NCBI GenBank assembly: GCA_038064495.1
Contig: JBBTSZ010000002.1
Span: 344,934-408,933 of the forward strand
Length of the DNA stretch: 64,000 nucleotides
Source: Patescibacteria group bacterium
GTDB lineage: Bacteria; Patescibacteriota; Minisyncoccia; Phycocordibacterales; Phycocordibacteraceae
Direction of reading: 5' to 3'
Shown: piece by piece, positions 58,693-64,000 of the stretch
How the letters are laid out: each line of letters starts with the position of its first letter
Position numbering within the stretch: position 1 is the first letter of the stretch
Translations under genes and position numbers: made by a program
The notes under the pieces: model-generated
Told to the model about the DNA's origin: nothing
What the model saw: only the letters and a program-made list of their open reading frames with translations
Databases searched by the model: none

Positions 58693-58818
58693 TAACTTCC
58701 GCAAAAGGAATTTAGACTCTAGGCGCGGGAAATTTGGCGAGGTAGACGTATGTGCTATACGGCGGACGAAACAAATGGGACCCGCAACAACGAAGATGAG
58801 ATTCTTTTGCAGAAGTTA
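58693..58818 (+). repeat. Structured intergenic repeat, copy 6
   Basis: taacttccgcaaaaggaattta-GACTCTAGGCG-cggg...cgtat-gtgct-atacg...cccg-CAACAACGAAGA-tgagattcttttgcagaagtta. Confidence 0.85.
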
Positions 58819-59568
58819 ACATTTAACGTTTTGCATAATGTACTCATACGCCTCATCAACGGAATCTACGACGGTAAACAGTTTTAAATCTTCCTCACTA
58901 ATAGCCCCATGCTCCTTGAAGAGCTTTTGGTTAAAAAATGTCACGAGAGGGTCCCAGTATTCCTTACCATAGAGCACGATAGGTACCTTACGAATCTTCT
59001 TCGTCTGCACGAGCGTGAGAATCTCCGTGAACTCGTCAAGGGTACCGAAACCTCCTGGGAAATAAATGTAGACCTCGGATGCAAACGCTAGCATCACCTT
59101 ACGCACAAAAAAATGGTCAAAGGTCACCGACTCCGTCAGATACTTGTTGAGGTTTTGGTCCTCGCCGAGCCGGATATTAAGACCCACAGATGCACCCCCT
59201 GCTTCAAACGCTCCTTTGTTTGCAGCCTGCATAATGCCGTTATTTCCTCCGGTAAAGACGGCATAACCACTCTTAGCAAGCCTTCCTGCAAGCTCGGTCG
59301 CGTCCGTGTAGAAATGCCCCTCAAAGGTCTCGCGGGCTGTACCGAAGAAGGTCGCGGCAAGTCCATACTTCTTAAGAAGCTCGAAGCCCTCCACGAACTC
59401 ACTCATGATCTTGAAGATTCTCCAGCTTTCTATCTGCTGTGGCTTACACACGAGTGGTTCAGGAGCGTCCGGTACCATTCCCTTCCCTTCCTCTATAGTG
59501 CGCGCGAGACGCATGCCCATTTCGCGGTGCTGTTCGTTTGGTGTCGGAACGATAGGGTTGGTACTCAT
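58816..59568 (-). CDS. LOG-family Rossmann-fold protein (TIGR00730-like)
   Basis: TGG..GIMQAANKGA, FFVRKVM, PGGFGTLDE. Confidence 0.9.
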   Translation of the reverse strand: MSTNPIVPTPNEQHREMGMRLARTIEEGKGMVPDAPEPLVCKPQQIESWRIFKIMSEFVEGFELLKKYGLAATFFGTARETFEGHFYTDATELAGRLAKSGYAVFTGGNNGIMQAANKGAFEAGGASVGLNIRLGEDQNLNKYLTESVTFDHFFVRKVMLAFASEVYIYFPGGFGTLDEFTEILTLVQTKKIRKVPIVLYGKEYWDPLVTFFNQKLFKEHGAISEEDLKLFTVVDSVDEAYEYIMQNVKC

Positions 59569-59577
59569 AGTGAAAGA

Positions 59578-60165
59578 TCAAAAAGGTAGTGGAAAGGCAT
59601 CAAACTCCGGTAATAATTTCTTAGTATACGCTATACGTGAAATCACTTCCGCGTGGCAGAGCGCTCCGGTGAGTGCATTGTGCGGAGCGGGTTCACTCGG
59701 AAGTCCGCAGTAGCTAAGAGCGTAGTCCAAACTAATAGCCGAATGGTTGTTATGAAGTGGAGGTTCTTTTCCGTGTTCAATCATATGTAGCCACACAAGC
59801 GTATGCGTATCTATGGTGCGCTTACCAAACGGGCATTCTATTCCTGCACGCTTGCAGGCTTCCTGCACGAACTCCAGGTCAAATGAGACATTCTGAGCGG
59901 CAAGCGTACGCTCTGAAATATCAGTCGTAGCCCATGCAATAAACGCAGTGATGAGCTCGGCTTCTGTTTTCTTGGCGGTATCTCGCACACCTTGATCAGT
60001 AAATCCATTTATGGCGAGCGCCTCCTCATGCACGTGCGCACCGTCCCATATCTGACACTCGCCGTAGAAACGGTTTTCCGGATTCGCTACATCAAGCGCT
60101 CCAAGCGAAACAATAGAATCGGCTCTCGGGTTTAGGCCGGTTGCCTCAACATCAAGGACTATCAT
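59578..60165 (-). CDS. DEDDh 3'-5' exonuclease
   Basis: LDVEATG, AQNVSFD, IDT, HNAL. Confidence 0.85.
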   Translation of the reverse strand: MIVLDVEATGLNPRADSIVSLGALDVANPENRFYGECQIWDGAHVHEEALAINGFTDQGVRDTAKKTEAELITAFIAWATTDISERTLAAQNVSFDLEFVQEACKRAGIECPFGKRTIDTHTLVWLHMIEHGKEPPLHNNHSAISLDYALSYCGLPSEPAPHNALTGALCHAEVISRIAYTKKLLPEFDAFPLPF

Positions 60166-60590
60166 AGTCCATCACAATTATCCGCAGGAGTCAGACCTGC
60201 CTTTTGAGCATCTTCTACCGTAGCGAACCAAATCTTATTGGAGTCTTTAATACGAGCGGCTCCAGAACAGCTTGGGAGGTAGTAGCGCTTACCGTGTTTT
60301 GAAGCGACGTACTTCCCTGTTGTGGCTGGCGATACAATTTCAGCTTGTGGGGACGCACCGCTGCTTGCCGCATACGCAGCTGCCGGTAGTTCACCGGAAT
60401 GAGCGGTAAGTGGGGTTTGCTCTATCTTAAAGCCCTCACTACCCTTCTTGGCGGTCGTCTCACGCTCCGTAAGCATACCCAAACCAAAGGAAGCACTGGA
60501 AGAAAGGAGGATGACCAATAGAACTAAAAGGTCCTTTGGAACCCGAGAAAGCAAGGTATTGCTTCGTTCCCTCATTTCTGCTATAGTCAT
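60162..60590 (-). CDS. Membrane protein with Ada-like metal-binding C-terminal domain
   Basis: YVASKHGKRYYLPSC...I...N.IWF....A...G.TP...C. Confidence 0.75.
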   Translation of the reverse strand: MTIAEMRERSNTLLSRVPKDLLVLLVILLSSSASFGLGMLTERETTAKKGSEGFKIEQTPLTAHSGELPAAAYAASSGASPQAEIVSPATTGKYVASKHGKRYYLPSCSGAARIKDSNKIWFATVEDAQKAGLTPADNCDGL

Positions 60591-60615
60591 ATTTACGTAA
60601 TTTTAAGTATAGCGT

Positions 60616-60888
60616 ATGGCAAGTACAAAGGCTGGAGGATCAGCTAAAAACCTAAACACTTCAAACCCGAAATACCTCGGGGTGAAGCTTTCTGATGGCC
60701 AGGCAGCGCGCCCAGGCATGATTATCGTTCGTCAGCGCGGAACGAAGATTGAAGCAGGTAAGAACGTCAAAATTGGTCGCGATCACACGCTCTACGCCAT
60801 GATTGAAGGCAAAGTAGTCTTCAAGGAGATGCGAAAGACGAACTTTGACGGGAATGTGAAGCGGAAGAAAATCGTCCACGTCGTCTAA
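60616..60888 (+). CDS. rpmA: 50S ribosomal protein L27
   Basis: [25 protein letters not shown]. Confidence 0.95.
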   Translation: MASTKAGGSAKNLNTSNPKYLGVKLSDGQAARPGMIIVRQRGTKIEAGKNVKIGRDHTLYAMIEGKVVFKEMRKTNFDGNVKRKKIVHVV

Positions 60889-60891
60889 GAC

Positions 60892-60919
60892 TAAAAAATC
60901 CCCTCTCGGGGATTTTTTA
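60892..60919. terminator. Bidirectional terminator between rpmA and rplI
   Basis: taaaaaatcccc-tctc-ggggatttttta. Confidence 0.88.
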
Positions 60920-60938
60920 TTAGCTGGTTCTGAAATGC

Positions 60939-61364
60939 TTATTCAGCAACAATCTCTACTGAAATCATTCCGAAGTTCTCACCGTGACTAACTGCAACCT
61001 CGTGAATACCGAGTTCCTTGATTGGCTTCTCAAGCTTGATAGCAAACTCTGGAAGTCCTGATGCTTCGGCAATTTCCTCCTCACCTACGCCGTCGTAGAG
61101 GTGTCCCTGTTCATTTGCCTTCTTGGTGATGGTAACCCTACCGTCGCTCAGTGCTGCGAGGCGCTCTGCAACGAGCTTGTCGCCAACCTCACGACTTGCT
61201 GCACCCTGTGCGAGCTTCCCTTCTGCATGCTTTACGTTTGCTGGAGTAGCGAGAACGGCGAGCTTTTTTGGAATAAGGAAATTAAGCGCGTGGCCATCTG
61301 ATACCTCAAGCACGGAGTGCGCACGGCCCATAGCACGAACATCCTTTAGTAGTACGACTTTCAT
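60939..61364 (-). CDS. rplI: 50S ribosomal protein L9
   Basis: MKVVLLKDV..G, V.DGHALNFLIP, G.LY, PIKELG. Confidence 0.93.
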   Translation of the reverse strand: MKVVLLKDVRAMGRAHSVLEVSDGHALNFLIPKKLAVLATPANVKHAEGKLAQGAASREVGDKLVAERLAALSDGRVTITKKANEQGHLYDGVGEEEIAEASGLPEFAIKLEKPIKELGIHEVAVSHGENFGMISVEIVAE

Positions 61365-61484
61365 AGTATGAGCATTCTAGCTGTTTTGGCCCGTTTCTGC
61401 AAATTAGAGCTACGTCGTGCGATATTGGTACCTATTGCAACATATGGTAGATTTTGTCCAGTGTTCGCAAAGGAGTAATCTGAG

Positions 61485-61643
61485 ATGCCTGACCATAGCA
61501 AACCAAAGGGCGGTAAGGAGCAGGAGTTCGTCCTGCCTCCCGTTACCCCGTTGCCGCTTTCAGCGCCAACATGGATGCAACCCTGGCAGCCGCATGCCTG
61601 TCACTGGGCGCACGCGCTTCCTCACCACAACACAAGTCTATAG
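61485..61643 (+). CDS. Putative 52-aa Pro/His-rich peptide, or structured sRNA
   Basis: AAGGAG 9 nt before ATG; terminator immediately downstream. Confidence 0.35.
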   Translation: MPDHSKPKGGKEQEFVLPPVTPLPLSAPTWMQPWQPHACHWAHALPHHNTSL

Positions 61644-61649
61644 CCGCAC

Positions 61650-61697
61650 GAAGTAGCCCGGAGAATAGAATCCGCCGCTCTCCGGGCGGCTTCTTTT
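61650..61697 (+). terminator. Intrinsic terminator
   Basis: gaag-ta-gcccggaga...tctccgggc-gg-cttc-tttt. Confidence 0.65.
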
Positions 61698-61790
61698 ATA
61701 TAAAAGTTCTATAGTCCTACTCTGGTTCGCAGTATGGTCTTTATTTTAGCTAGTGCTGGCTGTTTGGGACGATGTTAGAACTATGCTCGA

Positions 61791-62030
61791 TTAATCCTGG
61801 GTTGTGTCGTGTCCTATTAATTTACCAACCTCGAGTAGTTCTGGGGGTACCGGTAAGTGATTGTCTTTGACTATGCGCCAAAGCGTCTCCCAAGCAATTC
61901 CATACTCAGTATGCTCAATATAGTGAAACAGCTCTTGTGCGTCTTGAGGTAACAATGAAGATTCAAGTGCGGTAAGTGAAATCGTTAGTAATGATTTCAC
62001 TTGCTTTAGATATTCGGGAGAAGTAGTCAT
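61791..62030 (-). CDS. Small MafI-like immunity protein (orphan)
   Basis: 79 aa helical; YIEHTEYGIAWETL...V....PVP; TATACT 6 nt before ATG. Confidence 0.55.
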   Translation of the reverse strand: MTTSPEYLKQVKSLLTISLTALESSLLPQDAQELFHYIEHTEYGIAWETLWRIVKDNHLPVPPELLEVGKLIGHDTTQD

Positions 62031-62075
62031 TCTCCAAGTATAGCTTGTTAAGCCGCTGGCAGATAAGGTTTAGAA

Positions 62076-63338
62076 CTACTGACCTGTCGTGAGATATTGC
62101 ACCGCCCGATCTTTCTGAGGATCCTTCTGAGCTGCCGCATCCTCCTGCGTACGTTCAACCTTTATGTCTGGCGTGAGTCCCCCATCAGAGATATTGCGAC
62201 CACCTGGCGTGAGCCAACGAGCCACCGTAATCTTGAGTGAGCCACCATCAATGTCCACGAGTTCTTGTACGGAACCCTTACCGAAGGAGCGAGTACCAAC
62301 GAGCTTTGCAACTTTAGAGTCCTGGAGGGCGCCAGCAAGGATTTCAGACGCGGACGCTGAGCCCTGGTCCATCAGCACCACCACCTGCGTGCCTGCAGGC
62401 ATGTCATTCGTACCGATACTGCGGTGCACAATATTCTCTTTCTTACCCTTATAGTCTTCGGTCACGACCGTGCCTCCCTTTGGAAGGAAATGACTTGCAA
62501 TGAGTACCGCCTGGTCAAGGTAGCCACCTGGGTCGCCACGTACATCAATGATGAGCTTGCGCGAACCGGACTTTTTAAACTGCTCAAATCCTTTAGTGAA
62601 GAGGTCACCAGAGTTCGCGGTGAATTGATAGATAGAAATCGTGAACACACCGGTCTTGCTGTCATACACCGCGTCGCCACTTGGAACAACAATGGTGTCG
62701 CGCACTACTTTTATCTCCAGTTGCTTCTTCTCACGCACAATCGTAAACGTCACGGCTGTTCCTTTTGGACCACGAATGCGCTTCACGGCTTCGTCGGTTG
62801 AAATGCCCTCCGTCGTTTTTCCATCTATAGCAGTAATGAGGTCACCGGCAAGTATGCCTGCCTTTTGCGCAGGAGAATCTTTAAGTGGAGCTATGACGGT
62901 GAGGATTCCTTCCTTCGTGAGACCAATTTCAGCTCCCACACCACCAAAGTTACCTTGGATGTCCTCTTGGAAAGCCTTTGCCTCTGCTGGTGGGAAAAAG
63001 ACCGTGTAGGGGTCGCCATAGGAAGCAGTGAGCCCCTGAATTGCACCCCACAGTTTCTTCTTGGTATCTGGATCTGTGGTAGAAGCGTGCACCTGCACAT
63101 GACGCTCAGCGAGGACATGCCATACCTTCCATAGGTCCGTGAGGTTGGCGTCCGCGACCGGTGTTGCGTCCAGTCCGTCACCAAGTAACGGCACACTCGC
63201 GAGAAGACTTTTACCACCCTGCGCGTTCACCGAGAATCCTCCGACAAACCCGATGACGAGCACGAGTGCAAAGGCAACACCGAGCTTGGTCATGCGTGCA
63301 AATGATGTGCGGTTCGAGTGGAGAGTATCTGGTTCCAT
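62076..63338 (-). CDS. ctpA: Carboxyl-terminal processing protease (S41, PDZ)
   Basis: Start moved to MEPD; DPYT, GVGAEI, DVRGDPGG, SASASEI, GKGSVQ. Confidence 0.92.
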   Translation of the reverse strand: MEPDTLHSNRTSFARMTKLGVAFALVLVIGFVGGFSVNAQGGKSLLASVPLLGDGLDATPVADANLTDLWKVWHVLAERHVQVHASTTDPDTKKKLWGAIQGLTASYGDPYTVFFPPAEAKAFQEDIQGNFGGVGAEIGLTKEGILTVIAPLKDSPAQKAGILAGDLITAIDGKTTEGISTDEAVKRIRGPKGTAVTFTIVREKKQLEIKVVRDTIVVPSGDAVYDSKTGVFTISIYQFTANSGDLFTKGFEQFKKSGSRKLIIDVRGDPGGYLDQAVLIASHFLPKGGTVVTEDYKGKKENIVHRSIGTNDMPAGTQVVVLMDQGSASASEILAGALQDSKVAKLVGTRSFGKGSVQELVDIDGGSLKITVARWLTPGGRNISDGGLTPDIKVERTQEDAAAQKDPQKDRAVQYLTTGQ

Positions 63339-63423
63339 CGCAAACGAGTATAGCATGTGCTCCTTTAAAAACTCTGTAGATAATTCAAATAATAGGTACG
63401 TCTCACGGGTATACTGAAGGGTA

Positions 63424-64000
63424 ATGGTTACTCGACATACGAGGGGCAAAGTAGTGTGGGTGGACCTAGAGAGTCCAACCCATGCGGAGTTGGATGCCAT
63501 CATGCGCGAGTTCGGAATTGACGACCGGATTGAAGAAGAAATCCTCGCACCAACACTCTACCCGATAGCACTCGGCTTCCCGCGCTACCTCTACCTCATC
63601 CTCCACTTCCCGACTGCAGACCCCGGCAGTGGTACTCGAAATCAAGAAGTGGACTTCATAGTCGGAAAACACTTCATTATTACGGCCCGCTATGAGGTCA
63701 TAGATACGATTCATAATCTTCACCGCGTCTTTGAGGCGGAGGAGCTCCTCGGACTTCCCCACGCTCCTTCTCGCTCGGATGAGCTCTTGGAGCGACTCCT
63801 TCGCAGACTATATGGAGCTATACGTGAAGAGATGGAACACGCCGCGCGTATTCTTGAACATATTGAAAATGACATGTTCTCCGGCAAGGAGCGCGACACC
63901 GTACATGCCATTTCAGACATCGGTCGCGTGCTGCTTCGTTTCCAAACGACACTTGCGCGCCACGAGGAGCCACTCTCACTGTTCTTGAAGGGTCTCACTG
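63424..64000 (+). CDS. corA: CorA-family divalent cation transporter, 3' truncated (not in ORF track)
   Basis: Translated by hand: MVTRHTRGKVVWVDLESPT..E...YLYLILHFP...EVDFIVGKHFIIT; TATACT 8 nt before ATG. Confidence 0.8.
   Translation, partial: MVTRHTRGKVVWVDLESPTHAELDAIMREFGIDDRIEEEILAPTLYPIALGFPRYLYLILHFPTADPGSGTRNQEVDFIVGKHFIITARYEVIDTIHNLHRVFEAEELLGLPHAPSRSDELLERLLRRLYGAIREEMEHAARILEHIENDMFSGKERDTVHAISDIGRVLLRFQTTLARHEEPLSLFLKGLT

Noticed and set aside
15583-58818. The repeat family as integron attC sites or plain terminators
   Set aside because: No consistent RYYYAAC/GTTRRRY ends, both orientations occur, the flanking genes are core, there is no integrase, and there is no consistent U-tract after the stem.
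49687-63503. Long N-terminal extensions in the ORF track (49687, 53310, 54732, 58207, 63503; also 13991, 16857)
   Set aside because: They overlap promoters or upstream genes; downstream ATGs fit family starts, signal peptides and -10 spacing better.
1-64000. Alternative genetic code (UGA=Gly, as in Gracilibacteria)
   Set aside because: Conserved genes are full length under code 11, and grpE, scpB and murG end properly at TGA.

Overview
A chromosomal segment dense in housekeeping genes, most likely from a Patescibacteria/CPR (Parcubacteria-like) bacterium. That assignment is inferred from gene content: class I LysRS, short archaeal-type AspRS, AlaRS without C-Ala, CPR-type hypotheticals, and standard code 11. 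It carries seven aminoacyl-tRNA synthetases, the infA-rpmJ-rpsM-rpsK-rpsD-rpoA-rplQ-rplM-rpsI cluster, grpE-dnaK-dnaJ, scpAB, mraY-ftsW-murG, tRNA-Tyr and many secreted or cell-wall proteins. I saw no CRISPR array, transposase or integrase. The most interesting signals are non-coding. (1) Six dispersed copies of a ~120-nt rod-shaped element have covarying stems and conserved internal-loop sequences, and all sit at or just after a stop codon. (2) A ~630-bp gene-free region at 58.1-58.7 kb has G-rich polar octamers converging on a 28-bp 11-6-11 dif-like site, where gene strand bias also flips (candidate terminus). (3) A 6S-like RNA candidate lies downstream of alaS. (4) An antisense, hairpin-punctuated echo of tRNA-Tyr follows the tRNA. 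(5) -10 hexamers 6-9 nt before start codons are pervasive, suggesting leaderless mRNAs. Several small genes missing from the ORF track were also recovered. All product calls come from motif recognition by eye; no database searches were run.
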